A DNA stretch of 64,000 nt, from the NCBI GenBank assembly GCA_035084275.1, contig CM068755.1, positions 6,262,001 to 6,326,000 of the forward strand, given 5' to 3'. Both the position numbers and the translations under genes were made by a program. This stretch comes from Hydrolagus colliei (lineage: Eukaryota). Each line of letters opens with the position of its first letter. Position 1 is the first letter of the stretch. The notes beneath the pieces are model-generated. The model saw only the letters and a list, made by a program, of their open reading frames with translations, was not told the DNA's origin and made no database searches. This document shows, piece by piece, positions 1 to 14,146 of this stretch.

Positions 1-727
1 GGTAAGCAGTGACCCTGTTGTTAAGGCTGAGTCTGTGAAGAGTTCAGAAGTAAATAGGGTTTCAAGCAAGGCTGTTTTTACAATCCATCACCAGTTGCTG
101 AATATGGATGTGGCTGGCGATGCCAAGGAGGGGAAACTTGTTCGCTACAACAATAAATGTGAGCCGCCAGAAAATGAATGTTTCAAACTGCTGAAACTTT
201 ATAAATCGCTTGGAAAAGAGGTCAGTAGGCAACTTGATCGTTAATCTTTCTCCACAGTTATTGACTTTGGCTCACCGAGGGTAGCCTGAGTAAGTATTGA
301 GATAAGATGGCTCACATCCAATTATCATGACCAAACCCATGCATTCTCTGAAGAGGCCACAAGCGATCAGCTTCTCATAAATAAAATCTGGAATCTATAA
401 TGTTGCACACATCTACACACAGGCTTCCCAGTAGCCTTGTGACTCCAGCTGTGTTGCTGCAGTTATCTCTACACTGTACACCATAGCAGAAGGTGTTTTG
501 CATTGTTCTGGTAAGATTAGTTACTTTGTATGTGCAGAGAAGATGCAGGATTAGTTTACAAGCAGTGGTACCACCCAGGCTTCAGGTCAAACATTTCATC
601 AGACTCAAGATTGGGGACACCAATGCACATTGACAAGTAAAATAAGACACATAGTAAATAAAACATGCACTATTCTTACCTCCCAAAGCAGACACTTCTA
701 CACTGTACATATCAATATATTGCTTAC

Positions 728-795
728 CTCTCCATTAGTTTCTCCTTATCCCAGTTGAAGTGGCTGAGAAGTATCCTTGTGATAGTGGCTGGATT
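728..795 (-). CDS. ARIH1: Second copy of ARIH1-like exon 2 ([23 protein letters not shown]) inside the duplicated segment
   Basis: Exon sequence identical to 21324-21391. The acceptor is TAG here versus CAG in the other copy; donor GTAAGC. Confidence 0.85.
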
Positions 796-2459
796 CTAGA
801 GTGGAGAGGGAAAAGGGAATTACACTGTTACACACTGTAATTTTTCTTAAACACAGAGACCGCAATCAAGACTTTTTAGGTAGAATTTAGTATCAGTTTA
901 CTTCCATATCAACGTGTAACAAGGTGTCTATCCATCTGCAGTGCACTCAGTTCAGTGTTGAATTGCCCGATACAGCAGTGAGGGATTGCCAAAAATCAGA
1001 TGTGTCCCAAACCCTGTTCATTCCAGAAACTTGGGTTCTCCCCTTAAGAACTGAACAAAGACAACCTCCTAGAGAATGCCCTCATGGACCAAACACATGG
1101 GGAGCAAAAGACTAGTTTAATACATTTTCAAATCACTGAATTCCAGCTATTGATGAACTCATACCCCAATGGATTGCTGAACTTCTAGGCTTAATTTACT
1201 TCTCAGCAAAAGTTACTCGGTGTACAAGTGGAAAGAGTTGTGGTCACGTCTGTTTCTCTGTAAATTTAAGTTGCACTTAATACTTCAATTCACACCTGTT
1301 CAGGTGGGCCACAGTATTCACCCTATTCACTTGACAAACAGTCCTCACCTTGAAAACCTCACATTGTCTTCTGCCATGAGTAACGGTTGGTAGCTGCAAA
1401 CACTGACGTCACCCAATCTAAAAAAATATATATGAACCACTGCTCTAGTCTGGGCCTGTGCAACGCTTAAACAGTGACCAGAACTGTACAGTACTCGAGG
1501 GGTAGCGTGATCACAGTATTGTATACATTGAGCATGACCTCGGGTTTCTGAACTCATTTGGCAATCGCTGCTGGATTTTTTGTGCCTCACAGTTTCGACA
1601 TGATGGGTAACAAGTCAACAAACACACCTAGGTCTTTCTGCACTTCACCCGTGGCAAGCCCAACCCTAAACAAGGAACGATATTGTGCCCTGTAATTTTA
1701 CTTCTTAATCTCATAAACGCTAATTTACATTTTATCCAGGTGTATGCCCCGATGAGTTTTCTTCACAAGGACTTGGCTGCCTTGCTGCCCCCCACACACA
1801 ATTCCACAGTTCTCCCCTAATAGTGTCACTTGGAAATCAAAACCATATAACACAGATTACCTCAGCATCAAATGCTAAGAGTCTGATATTGTCTCTAAAA
1901 AACACACTGGTTGAATTCATTATATGGCAAGAAATTGTGGAAGATTGGAAGAAACTATCCATCAGATCTGAGAGCAAGTTAAATCCAGAGCTCAGTGTTC
2001 TCTGGGGTGAGATTACATTAGAGCTGTGACCATTAAATGTTATAATGACCCCAAAAACATACAGAATTGCCACCAAACCAGGGAGTGTGGCCCTGGCTCT
2101 CAAATTGAGGTGGGTCATTTATAAAAGTGACAACTTTTCTGTATTTCTGTAGCTCCTTTTGTAAAAGAAAGTCCTCTAAGGGTTTCAAAAAAAATTAAGA
2201 TCTAATTAAGGGACAGATACATAGATGGCAAATACAGCAGCAAAACAACATGGAGACTGCCCACTCCTCTTTGAAATGGTGGCACAGGATATTTTAACAT
2301 CTACCTGAATGACAAGACGCATGGACAGTTTAACAAATCATTCAAAAGGGAATCTACTGACTGCGCCAAAACGTCAGGTTCCCTCCGCCAGTTGCTCTGG
2401 ACTTCGGGTTCAGAAGATTGTAATTTATCAATACTCAAAGCTCATAATCTAGGTTGAGA

Positions 2460-2730
2460 TCACAGTACAATACTGCATTGTCATAGATACTGTCTTCCGC
2501 ATGATGTTAAAGCAAAAATCTCACCTGCCTGCTCCATCAAATGAACAAATGAATGCTTAAGATCCTATGACACTATTCAAAAAGAGAAGGGAGTTTCTGC
2601 TGGTGCCCCGGCAACCAATCCTCCAAGGAGTTAGTTATGTGCAAAGTGACTGCAGAATTTACCTACATTAGTAGTTATTATTATGAAGCGCTTTGAGCTG
2701 TTTTCCCATATAGGACTATAAAAATGCAAG
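2460..2730 (+). mobile_element. Old Deu-domain SINE fragment (duplicate at ~23056-23326)
   Basis: Degenerate match to the Deu-domain pattern (ctgcattgtc..gatgttaaa..aagatcctatgacactattcaaa..gggagttt), also seen at 33780-33960 and 45355-45520. Confidence 0.55.
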
Positions 2731-2935
2731 TAATTTCCAAATAAACAATGCATTTATTATTGAGACTTAACATGTAAGTATAGGTGAATTTGTTTTGCAT
2801 GCAGTGAGTTGTTAGATTATGGAATATTCTGCCAGGAGCAGTGATAGAGGCGCAATTCATATTAACATTCAGAAGGGAACTAGGTAAATATCTTTAAAAA
2901 AACCTATAATAATAATAAATAAGAAGAAGAAATAA

Positions 2936-3249
2936 GAATCCTTGCATTTTGATATAGCACTTTTCACATCTTCCAGGCGTCTCAAAATTTTCACAGAGTA
3001 TACTGTACAGTGAATTGACTGTATATTTATGGGTGAAATGTGGCAACCAATTGCACACAGCAGTGTCCCACAAACAGTCGTCGATTGAATTGACTAATTT
3101 ATTATAGGTTTTTTTTGGGAGGGAAGATTATTATTAGGCGTGTGGAATAAGGAAACTTGTCCACGGTTTCGCCCTGACCTGCCCGGATTCGAAACACAGG
3201 TCTCACGCTTGGAAGGCGAGTGCTCTAACCACTGAGCTACAGAACTCCA
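2936..3249 (-). mobile_element. tRNA-derived SINE, near full length, inserted in a CR1 3' fragment (~2780-3370); duplicate at 23532-23845
   Basis: A box TAGCTCAGTGG, B-box-like GTTTCGAATCC, shared body and L2-like tail ...aaatgcaaggatt. Confidence 0.88.
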
Positions 3250-3736
3250 TACTACCAGGGGTATGAAGAAACAACAGGTACATGGAACTAAAAGAACTGC
3301 TCTTAAAACAGCCAGCAAAGACACCATGGGTCAAATGGCCTTCTTCTGTTAATACAGTATATTTCTATGGATCTGTGTCTGAAAGCATTTACCAAAAATA
3401 GTTAGTTTGAAATTTATTATTATGTGACTGTTATATAGGAAAATATCACCAAGTATGAGCGGTGCTTCACAAATTATGCGATGAGGAACCGATTCATCTG
3501 ATTTTTGAAGGAACCTCTGTCCCGTCAATGTAATGGAGGATTAAGAGTGATAAATGTAGATACTAAACCCTCACTGAGGCAGTGGCATCCACTATTTAAT
3601 GATATGTTTGATGAAATCAGTTCAGAATCTAGGCAGATCAATAAGCCACATGTTAAATTTTGTTTGGAGAGCTTGGTGGAAGCAGCAGACACCAACCAGT
3701 TGTGTGCAAATAACCCCACCCAGGAAACATACTTCA

Positions 3737-3936
3737 NNNNNNNNNNNNNNNNNNNNNNNNNNNNNNNNNNNNNNNNNNNNNNNNNNNNNNNNNNNNNNNN
3801 NNNNNNNNNNNNNNNNNNNNNNNNNNNNNNNNNNNNNNNNNNNNNNNNNNNNNNNNNNNNNNNNNNNNNNNNNNNNNNNNNNNNNNNNNNNNNNNNNNNN
3901 NNNNNNNNNNNNNNNNNNNNNNNNNNNNNNNNNNNN
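3737..3936. other. Assembly gap (200 N)
   Basis: Run of exactly 200 N, typical of a fixed-size scaffolding gap. Confidence 0.99.
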
Positions 3937-4501
3937 GGGCAGAGGGCTGATATTCTTAAAAGGAATAGGGAGAAGGTTTTGAAGGCTCTAAGTGACCAAA
4001 TTGGGACCAAGAGACTAAGAGGTGAAAACCTGCCCAACGCTATCCCTTTCAGGTCACTACCTACAGCCAAGCAACTCCACAAAGAGGCCAACTAATAGAG
4101 TTCTTCAGCACTGGCCTAATAAGCAGATACACATTGAATACTTAAGGAGTGCAGTTCGAATACTCAACCAAAGGCGCCATCAAATTCTAAGTGCCTTAGC
4201 TTGGTCCATGTGCAATTGCCCCAACAGAGACAACTGAGAGTGTCAAGTCCAGGAGGCCTCTATTTTGACAAATACTCAGTGGAATGGATCGCTTAGCAGA
4301 AGTTGGACCTTTATTGGTATAAATCGTCCTTATTCCAATTAAGTTTCTCCAAATGGAGAATGCCATGCATTACTCTTGCTATGGAAAGGTTATCAAGTAG
4401 GTCCAATCGTTTCCTGATGGCTTCTTTTCATTACAAGGATTACTCATTACTCTCCTCAGATGCTTCACCCATCAAGAGAAGTGCATTCATCCGGCTCTCA
4501 C

Positions 4502-4544
4502 CTTGCATTTAACAGGATCATGCCAATTCTCAGCACAGTTGAAG
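4502..4544 (-). CDS. ARIH1: ARIH1-like exon 8 (FNCAENWHDPVKCK; end of the IBR domain)
   Basis: ttttacAG acceptor and GTGAGA donor; 43 bp, phase 2 to 0; matches ARIH1 FNCGENWHDPVKCK. Confidence 0.95.
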
Positions 4545-4687
4545 CTGTAAAATCAGGGGGGAGAAAGTATTCAATACAGGTAAACAAAACAAAATCAGCC
4601 TTCAATGATTCAGAAGTGCAAACACTCCCAACAAATGGAAGAATAACAATGACGTAGATAGAAACGGCTTGTACGGTGCATGCTTAC

Positions 4688-4794
4688 CAGAATTGCCGGC
4701 CACATTTACAGCGAACTGGTTTTGCATCGGGGTACTGGACTTTAATAACATGGTGACAATCGGGGGCAGGGCACCATTTTAACAGACGATTACA
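4688..4794 (-). CDS. ARIH1: ARIH1-like exon 7 ([36 protein letters not shown]; IBR domain)
   Basis: cacAG acceptor and GTAAGC donor; 107 bp; Cys pattern of the IBR zinc finger. Confidence 0.96.
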
Positions 4795-5125
4795 CTGTGA
4801 TGGAAAAGCACAGCTGTTGGGTGTCTCATTCACTTACAAAAAACACACGGTTATGAGAATGGCCAGGCTCTAGTCAGACAAGCTGATAAATCCCTGGCAA
4901 TACCTAATGCCTGTATCTTTCTATACACTTACTAACCCACCCAGGACTGCAAGGTTCTAATTGCACAATACATTTTAAGACAATGCACAAATTTAAACAA
5001 TTTAAAAACAAACGATTTTGCTGTGGTACCCAATTACCAAATCCATTCAGTGGGCAAATATACAATCTGTATTTTAACATGTTGCTTAAGGCTTAAACTA
5101 TTTATTTCGAGGAAGGCGTGCTTAC

Positions 5126-5192
5126 CTCTACAAAGCTATTTGTTATTAAATGCTGGTACTTCAACTTGACTTTGGAATCTGTGATCAAACGC
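5126..5192 (-). CDS. ARIH1: ARIH1-like exon 6 ([22 protein letters not shown])
   Basis: tttatAG acceptor and GTAAGC donor; 67 bp; matches the ARIH1 peptide. Confidence 0.96.
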
Positions 5193-6699
5193 CTATAAAA
5201 GATGCAAACATATTAGAAGAAATTTCCATTTGATCGATAACCATAGACGAATAATGCAAGCTGAAAACAGATATTCCCAGCATCACCAAGAGAACCAGCT
5301 TCTACTTACAATAAAGAGCCAGCTATCTGCATAATGTGAACCTACAAAACTATGGATAAGGAAACGGTTCGCATAATCCATCACCGAGCAAAATACAAAT
5401 GAGCTACAGTGCTAACCAAAACCTTCTTTCATCGCTGTTAGCAGGGAAGTGAGCTAGTGGAAAGAGTTTAAAGAGTCAAACAAGCACCAAGGTTTTGCAT
5501 TCATTTGGTGAACTGGAGTGAACAGTCAGTTGATGAACTCTGACCTTGAAACAAGGAAGTGCAATCAAGTCATCAGTTTTATTGATGTTTGGCTGAATGA
5601 AGTAACCAAGATTTGATGTCTGACAAGCAGAATGAAGATGCTGGGACAGGAGTGAAACGGAAATGTGGGATAACAGAGGTGGGTTAGAGAAAAGGAACCG
5701 GGTAGGATGAATTGGTTAAGGAAAAGGTTGAGGATGTATTTATGTTACTAGCTTTGGTAGTAGGCTAGATTGTTGGGTGACTTTGACCTGTGTCATGAGC
5801 AAGTCAGAATCTGATCTTGAGGATTTCCCTGTTCCTCTTGAAAGAGCAAATTTAAATGTGGGAAAATTGTATTTGCTGAGATAAATAGATTATTCCTTAC
5901 TGTCTACTTGCTTCCTGAAACAAAAGAATTGTTAGCCTGGTCATCACCTGGGGGGGGGGGGGGTGAAAGGATCAGACCAGAAATTGTCTCACCAAGGCTT
6001 CAGGAATGACCAGTTTCTTCAACTACGATTGAGTCAGCTTTGAGTAAACCCTTTCCATTGAGTCTATGCTAATTACTTAAGAAAAGAGAAGACAGACATG
6101 CCGAGTGAATATACGATGGTGTGGGAAGTGGCAGGCGTGAACAAGGAACACAGCTGGAGCTCATATTTTCTCAGACAATGAGCAACAACTTAATCCCTGC
6201 ATTGTTTGGATCAAAGCTGCCATTGAACTTCTACATAAAGTACAGTTTTCACATATTTTCTACAAGTCATCACCACATTTGCACTTCATGTCAGTCCATC
6301 TAAATTGTACCCAATTAGTGTTCAATGCAAAAAAATCAGCAAAATGTTAATACTCTACCTTTTTTAAAAACAACTTGGCAAGTAAAAATATGCCCTACTT
6401 TTATTCTGGACTCTATCACTGAACCAATAACAAACAATGACCTAAGAGAACCATTAACACAATTACTACCGCTGATGATCTTCAGATAAGCAAAGGTATG
6501 TTCATGACCACATCCATTCATCAAGTGATTATTCTGATCAATGAGACCTTACTGTAATCTCCCAATAGCTTGTGCTCATTATAAATCCGATGACCTAACC
6601 ATTTGTTGCACTTCATCCCACAACTAAATAAGGCTTCACAACAAAGACTCGCCTTATTGTACTACCAACACAATTTTCAGCTATTAAAACGGTACTTAC

Positions 6700-6755
6700 A
6701 TAACTGTGTTGTCGTCAACTAAGATATCACAGCCGTGAGCTGGGCATGATATAGT
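6700..6755 (-). CDS. ARIH1: ARIH1-like exon 5 (TISCPAHGCDILVDDNTVM; end of RING1)
   Basis: tttgcAG acceptor and GTAAGT donor; 56 bp; preceded by a 103-bp intron. Confidence 0.96.
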
Positions 6756-6858
6756 CTGCAAAGAGAAAACAATTATCAGGTCACTGAAACCAAAGGCTAA
6801 TTGTATATATAGAAATGTCTTCAGTGTCAAAAATAGAAATGAGTCTATCACAGTGTAC

Positions 6859-6951
6859 CTGTCCCATGCCTTCCTCTATGATCTTTGTGGTTAAGTATTC
6901 GTTCCAGCACTGCATACAGAATTTGTGTCCACATTCCAAGCCTGTGAAGTA
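6859..6951 (-). CDS. ARIH1: ARIH1-like exon 4 ([31 protein letters not shown]; RING1)
   Basis: Within ORF 6781-6987; ttttcacAG acceptor and GTACAC donor; 93 bp; CxHxFCxxC RING motif. Confidence 0.97.
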
Positions 6952-7339
6952 CTGTGAAAATACAACACACCTCAGTATTGCATGCAACTATTTGGTAAAT
7001 AGCATGTTCCAATAGAAATAACTCACATTATAGCAACCTTACTAGAATATCACATAACATGTAATGTGACACATATTTTCTATGGAATGAATGGACGTCC
7101 TCCCAACGTGAAAGGCGCTCTAGAAATGTAATTTTGTTTTTGGTGTTGTATGCGGGCATGTATGAAATGGCTCCATGTTGTAAGTCACCATACCCGCTGG
7201 GTCTATACCGTAACATAAAAGGTAAAGGAACTGTACTGTATTTTTCCAGCATGTTTGCTTCCCTGTACAGATATCCCGCACATCTATAATGAAGAAATAA
7301 AAACCTAACAATACTTTTTACCGGCACATTAGTGGATTA

Positions 7340-8192
7340 GGTTCATTCCGACAGTGGCCAACACATTTGAAGGTAGGCCTACTGTCCTATCTTACAAACC
7401 GACAGCACTACATTTCTGCAAATGTTTTTTCTCCTGCCCCCCGCTCGATCACCTGCTGGGTACCCCAAGGCTCCATCGATGGCCTACTTCTCTTCCTCAT
7501 CTATACACTCCCTCTCGGTGATGTCATCTGCAGACACGGGGTTAACTTCCAAATGTATGCGGATGACACTCAACTCTACTTCTCCAGCTGCGAGCCCATC
7601 CTCTGATGTCTGTCAGCTTTCTTGAGACATCAAGACCTGGATGAGCGGAAATTTCTTGCAGTTAAAACATCAACAAGATGGAAGCTATACTTGTTGGCTC
7701 CCATCGACATCTTCTGTCCTGTGGTTCCGACCTCTTCAATTTACCCGATCCGTCCTTAAGTCTAAATTCCACACCCTGATTACCCAGGACCTTGCCAAAC
7801 TCCAATGGCTCCCTGTCACAGAGCTGATCAACTTAAAGTTCCTCACTCTCATGTTTAAATCTCTTCATTCCTTGGCACCCCCTTTATCTCTCCAGCTTAC
7901 TCTCTCCTCACAGCACTACCCACTCACTGCCTATGCTCTACTGGCTCCAGCCTCCTCCTTATCCCTCGAATCCTCCATTCCACAGTACCGTGTCTTCAGC
8001 CACTACTCCCTGAAGCTATGGAACTCCCTCCTTCAATCCCTTCACCTTGAACCCTCTTTCCCCATTTTCAGGTTGCACCGTGCCTATGGTAAACTTCCCA
8101 CTCTCCACCGGCTCGGCACTGGCTCCACCAATGTTAAGCACTCGGGGATACCAACTGACATGGAGGGTCCTATAAAATCCAAGTTGTTGTTG
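7340..8192 (+). mobile_element. L2-clade LINE, 5'-truncated and decayed RT plus 3' end
   Basis: VPQGSI..LLFLIY.LPLGDVI.RHGVNFQMYADDTQLY (RT YADD motif) in ORF 7367-7606; (TTG)n tail at ~8183-8192. Confidence 0.9.
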
Positions 8193-8972
8193 TAGTCAGA
8201 CCAACAGACCAAGGACTCAACAACCCAACGCTGCAGTGCAAGTGGATATTTATCCCTAGCTCAGGTACATTTCCTGCTTCACACCCACAGCAATCTCTGT
8301 AGCAGCAGTAGTGGGGCAGTCAAATGCTGCTTTCATCTGCAGCTCGAGACTCAAAAATGCTGGGCCAAAGAGGATGCTCAGCTCCATTTCAAACCTCTGT
8401 CACTATGCAAACAGTAGCAGTCCAGGCAAAGTGCTTGAATATCAGGTGACTTGGCCCCGTGCTTTTCATGATTCCATTACTTCAGAATACAGGCACGATG
8501 GGAGATGGAGTTCCAAAATTCAGCATTGGGAAAAATGGCCTTATCTCTAGAATTATTCTTAGCAGTGGCTAAAGTGATATCTTCTACAGATGCAATTCTA
8601 GTTAAATCTTCCTGAAACTGCGTAAGATCCTAGTGATTCTGCATAATTCATGGACATACCAGAGTAAGCAGGTCTGCCATGTTAAGAACCTTTCCCGGCA
8701 GTATTCCTCTCCGGCATGATACCAGAGCAAGAAAGAATGAAACCAGACCATAAATCCGCCTACAATCATTTTTTTTTAAAAAGCAAGAAACAAAAATCTA
8801 TGTTAATGTCCTGTAATAGAAGTATTGGTTGGTGACAAACTGCTTAAACAGTATGATTTGTCTCTGTGCACATATCTCTGTTGTCTCTCCATTTAATGTA
8901 GGCACAGCATAATACAAAATTAAGAACCAGGCAAAGGCATAGTGTGGAAAAAATGAACTCCTTTCCTAAATA

Positions 8973-9181
8973 CGGTAAAAGCCTGTTTATCCGGCACCCT
9001 TGGGACCTGGCTAATGCCGGTTAAAGTGAGTGCCAGATATTCAGCTGAAAACGCAAAAAACAATATATATATTATGCATTTTTCTGGATAAATTCCGGTT
9101 AATCGAATGCGGACCTTTTTTTTGCGATGCCGGTTATACGGAAGTTAGTTGATCGGGTGCCAGATAAACGGGCTTTTACTG
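8973..9181. mobile_element. Tc1/mariner-pogo (Tigger-like) MITE, copy 1
   Basis: TA|cggtaaaagcctgtttatccggcacc ... ggtgccagataaacgggcttttactg|TA: ~26-bp TIRs and TA TSD; homologous inverted copy at 47785-47999. Confidence 0.88.
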
Positions 9182-10831
9182 TACCACACCTACCTATGAG
9201 TAATCTTAATTTAAATCATTAATCAATTGCACAGGGAATAGCTTTCCCAAATAAATTTATTTTTGGACGAGAAGCAGACGAGCAGGTCAACTGCACAGCT
9301 TCATTCCACAGCCAATTCTAAACAGTGATGTTTGGTCTTTGTGTGCGGATTACTCCACGTGCTGCCTTGAAAATGTAACCTAAAACTGGGGCACAAGCAA
9401 GTGCCTGCCCTTTGCACCACAGGACAGACTCTCCAAGCCTTTTGTACTCACAGCAGTCACTATGGCAACATTGGGAAACCTCCATTCCATGCGGCAGCCA
9501 CTTCCAGCTACACCCGAACTGCCATTAAAAGTGTTTAAATGCAGCAACATGGCTCTTCCAGTCATTCTGGCAGCAAAGAATGCAGCCTTTTGGTTCATAG
9601 TATCCACAAACGACTACCCACTGTGTTTTAAGTCTTCTGTTTTTATTACTCCGTTATTGTTTTATTTCTCAGTGGCTTATCCAGTTTCCCATAGATTACT
9701 TCCATTGATCCAATCTCAATAGCCACCAATAATAAATGAATTAGCTTAACAAAATCAAGGAAAGAAAAAAACTGCCCGAATGTTAGAACAATTGAGTATT
9801 TGTTGTTTGGGACCCTGCTGGCACTTACTCACGTATGTATTCTATATTCAGCATTCTGTAGTGTTGTATATATCATTTTATTTATTTACAGATCATCACC
9901 TGTTAAACCGGCACATTAAATCCTATCTGCCTGTTCAAACGCACATTAAAAAAATCTCATGACCAACAAGATTAATTGGTGATTCACTTAATTGCTGCGG
10001 GGCATTCTTGCATTCTTGTGTGCAAATTGGCTGATTATTTGCCTACAAACACACACCTTTACTGAAAACTTGATGAAGCGCTTTCTGAGGTGATTTGATG
10101 CGATATGGCATTATATCAAGATTGCTATTATTTGCCAGGTTTACTTGCTGAGATCTGGCCCCATTGTCTTCCATGTGTTTAGTACCTCAAGCTTACACAA
10201 GTCTTGCGAGTGGTTGCGATTGTTTTGCACTTAATCTACAATGCCTTGAGGACCTCATTGTGCATCAACCGTTGGGAATATCTAATAGAATTGCATAGCA
10301 TTAGAGAAGGAGGCCATGTGGACAATCACACCTGCATCCTTCCTACATTTTTTTATCCAATTGAAACGACTGTGAATTTTGCTTCAACCATTTTGGCAGT
10401 CCATTTCAAGACTTAATCCCCTATAAAAATAATTCCAACCTATAGAGTTGCTATTTTCATTGCTATTACATTTGCAGTCTAAGGTTACCACCCACTGACA
10501 TGTAGAAATAGTTACCTTATCAAAATCTCTTGATTTTGAACACCAATCAGCATATGGGTTGAAATCTGGATGATATACTTTACAAACCTTCCACAACTAA
10601 ACAAGTTAACAAACCAAAGGCCTAAAATAGATGTGCTATAAATAACCGTATGCATGCATATTGGCGTGTTGGTGAACGTATTTTGTGGTTGTGCAAGTAT
10701 GTGTGAGACACAAATAGCCACAGAGCCACAACACAATTCAGGCCAATGTTAGGGAAAAACACGATCGCAACAAACCATGCCAATGTTGCAAATCATTCCA
10801 ACAATTTAGGAATAACACCACCCAAGTCGTT

Positions 10832-11225
10832 AACAACAACAACAACAAAATTACAGTGGGATATACATCACGTTTCTCATTGGGGATACGAAGAGGGCAG
10901 GGGAGGGGTGGGAAAAAGGATGACTGAAGATACGGTCGAAGAGGAAGGACTTCAGGGAGGCAAGGGAGGGGGTGATGCTGAAGGATGGAGTTCTGGAGGG
11001 TAGGGGAGAGTGGCTGAAGGTCCGCCCATTAATGGTGATGTGGGGGGACATGAAGCAGGCAGAGCCCACTGAGCGGAGGGAACGGTCAGTCAGCAAGGGG
11101 TTAGGTAGTCACAGGAGACAGGGGCAATCAAGGCTATGGGGAGCTTTGAAAGTGAGGACCAGGATCACGAACAACACCCTCTGTATGAAGAGAAGCCAGT
11201 GGAGTCGGGCGAGGATGGGCGTGAA
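10832..11225 (-). mobile_element. L2 LINE 3' fragment
   Basis: (CAA)n tail on the plus strand followed by the reverse complement of the L2 3' region seen at 44500-44925. Confidence 0.8.
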
Positions 11226-12564
11226 TGTTACATATTACCCATAGACCAGGATTTGCCAAACCAGCAAGAACATGATCTCTATGCACCATGCTATTCAAGG
11301 TGGGATTCGATAACTGCACAGAACCAGAAACCCAACATGGATCCATTCTAGTTTGGTAGGCCAATTGCTATATCTCAGTGCATTTATTCACTAAATGATT
11401 CAGGGAAGACGACAAAACATAAGGCCACAGGATCCCTCAATAGCAATAATGAAATATTTGTTCTCAAAGGTGCACGGTTCACTTTCTCCTTCCCACCATG
11501 AATTGCCAAGCCTTCTGCCATTCTCCTGAGTTCCTCTTTCCATGCATTTGGTGTCCATCTCTCAGACCAACAATGATCGCTCTTGGTTTAAATGTTCAAC
11601 TCCAATAGCAGCACCATAAGTGTGGTTATTTACACAATTGGTGGACTTCATGCAAATTAATACCAGCAATGAGACTGATATGTGGAACTGCTCCTCAAAG
11701 TTATACTAAGGAGATCAGACTTTATATTCTCAATACATATTACAGCATGTGAAGTAAAATGCTCAATCAACTTTGGGATTGGGGTAATAAAATGGCCTTT
11801 GTATGAATGAATTTGTGAGCAACGCTGAACAGCAAAGCACTGTGAACAGATTTGGAAAAGTGCATCTGTGTGTGTTTTACTGAAGGCTAAAAGTGAGTGA
11901 GTGAGAACCGAATGGTGAATATGGCAATAATTTTCCAGGGGTAAAAGAAAAAAGTTAAAAATTGAACAGAAACAGTATTTCAAATCTGTGACATTGTATA
12001 AAAGTAAAAACATTAATCTAGGTGTCAAATATTGCATGTTTTCATTTTTCAATTTGTTCTCCACAATCACACATAGGCAGTGTGTTTAATGCTGTATCAG
12101 CAACTCTTGCTCTGCAAATGAAGCCATTTCACACAGTACTCATGGTTACATCAAGCTACTTGTTAGGACCACGTTTAATGCCTTTGTTTAATATGGCTCA
12201 GCAAATCATGGAAGTATCTGCTTACTGAGTAGCACAAGCCCACCAAGAGAATGGGCTTGGGCAGCTGTGGGCAGATCTGAAGCATTGAGGGCACTGTTAG
12301 ATACTAGCGTTTCACAATGTTGTGCCCAACCAGAAAGCAGCCACTGTAGCAGATCTTATACACCTGTTATCACAAAGAGATCTCGCACATTACCACAGTG
12401 AAATGCCATTCACCAGGATCAGGGAAGTCATGTGCCATTCGTGTGTACTGTTTGTGGCAGTAAACAGTAGACGTGAATGGTCAAATATTAGCAATTAAAT
12501 TTTACAGCTAAAATGACATGGTTGACAACGTTTTGTTTATTTCAGCACCAGGAGCTTATGGCAC

Positions 12565-12790
12565 GGATCTAGGGGGACAAAGACAATAGCATATAGCATG
12601 GACATTGTGAGAATGCAGACTTTGGCCCACAGCATGAACATTGGGGGACACAAAAGCACAAGGCACAGAGGCATCTGGGGACACAGACACGGAGTGAGGG
12701 GAACTGACGACAGACACAGGCACACAACATGGAGATTGGGGACACAAATAGTGCCTGGCATGGACATTAGGAGACATAGACAGCAACCAC
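12565..12790. repeat. Degenerate tandem/low-complexity repeat (ggacattggggacaca.. units)
   Basis: Recurrent ggggacac, ggacatt and gcaca motifs at roughly 19-38 nt spacing. Confidence 0.55.
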
Positions 12791-14146
12791 AGCAGGAATA
12801 TTTGGAGAAAGACTGTTATGCATGGACTGAACAGGAGAAGGGAAGACAATAGAGAAGAGAATAGAGAACAGCAAACAGAAAGGGCACGAACAGAGAGGTA
12901 CACTGTGTGAACTGACCACTTGAGAAACACACAGTTAGCGATATCAACATAAAATACAGGCTGGTGCACAAGAAAACAAGAGGGGTTTCCACTGCCAATT
13001 TGATCAGGAAAAGTAATAGTTTCTTTTGCAACAAAAACGGATGCAACAAATGTTTTACTCTACCCACCAAACAAACCTAAAAACAGTACAATTGCAAGTC
13101 AGACCACTGGCACCACTTCAGTGATTTAGTTTTATCTGAATGAACACCGTTCCAGGAACACGAGGGTGTTTTCACCCCCAAATCTATTGCAGCTGACCAT
13201 ACAACGGAAAAGCGAGACACAAAGAGGCAAAATCAATCCAACCATCTGAGAAGAATAGGCTGGATCAGCTCTTTCTCTGCCCCCTCCCCCATGCATACAT
13301 TTTACCATGGATCAGCAATACCTCATCTCGTCAGTCATGGAAGCATTAGCCCACATGGAATTGGGGGAGGTAGGGGTAAGGTATATGGACATTTGGTAGG
13401 CTACAAGGTAAGCTCAGGCTAACTATTACACTACACTATAGTGTGGCAGAGTGATGGAAAATTCACATCAATTATTGATCGACATTTGATTTAGAAATAA
13501 TATTTGTACACCAGGTTAACAAACGCTAGGTGTTTTTTTAAAGAAAATAGATGTTTGAAGGCCAGATTGGAAGCAGGGAAGTTGTGGGGGGGAGGAAGAT
13601 TTATTTATTTTCACATCAATGTTAGTCACAATATTGACACAATTAGCAATTCTAGGAATTATTTTCAATAATCGATATTATATGCCACCCCACTTACTAT
13701 ATAGAGCTGTATAATCTCCACCCTACCTGGGACTCTGATACAGAGTTAGAGATCCTAGTGGTGCTTCCAGACCCCCCACTTTCTTCTTTCTAATGAGAGA
13801 ATACGAGACTGGTTTCCAGCTTCTTGTTGCTTTAGGTTCTAGATACTCTATTCTCAATCTATACATTTCATACAAAAGCATAATCTATCTCTATTGGATG
13901 AAAGGTGCAACATTTTGGAACAGATTCATATGCGAAAGTCACACCGAATGTGTTCAATACTGATTCAATTCCTGAACGCTGCCAACGTCAGTACATTGGT
14001 TTGGTCCAAAGCCTCTGTTCAAAATTGCTTGGCAGCTATCCTGAAATGGTAGCATGGCCAAGAATACTTCTTACTGAAGCCTGATGTTTGAGCACTGCCT
14101 CGCAGGATAACAGCATCCTATTTTTATCTGTATAAACGTGCTATTC

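Larger units (their letters stand above)
1..3736 (+). repeat. Near-identical direct copy of 20597-24332 (offset 20596), truncated by the assembly gap; probably extends left of the window
   Basis: Colinear match with duplicated ORFs in the track. Substitutions seen at 798/21394 (A/G), 1169/21765 (A/G), 1204/21800 (C/T) and 3116/23712 (T/G). Confidence 0.97.

Noticed and set aside
578-606. Minus-strand CTGATGAaatgtttgacctGAAG resembling the Penelope hammerhead (also at ~21174-21202)
   Set aside because: Stem II and GAAA are broken and no flanking Penelope homology is visible; too degenerate to call.
3505-4095. ORFs spanning the N run
   Set aside because: Artifacts of translating through the assembly gap.
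13439-13692. Possible old hAT MITE (tagtgtggca ... tgccacccca)
   Set aside because: The TIRs are imperfect and the flanks (ctacacta vs cttactat) do not form a convincing 8-bp TSD.
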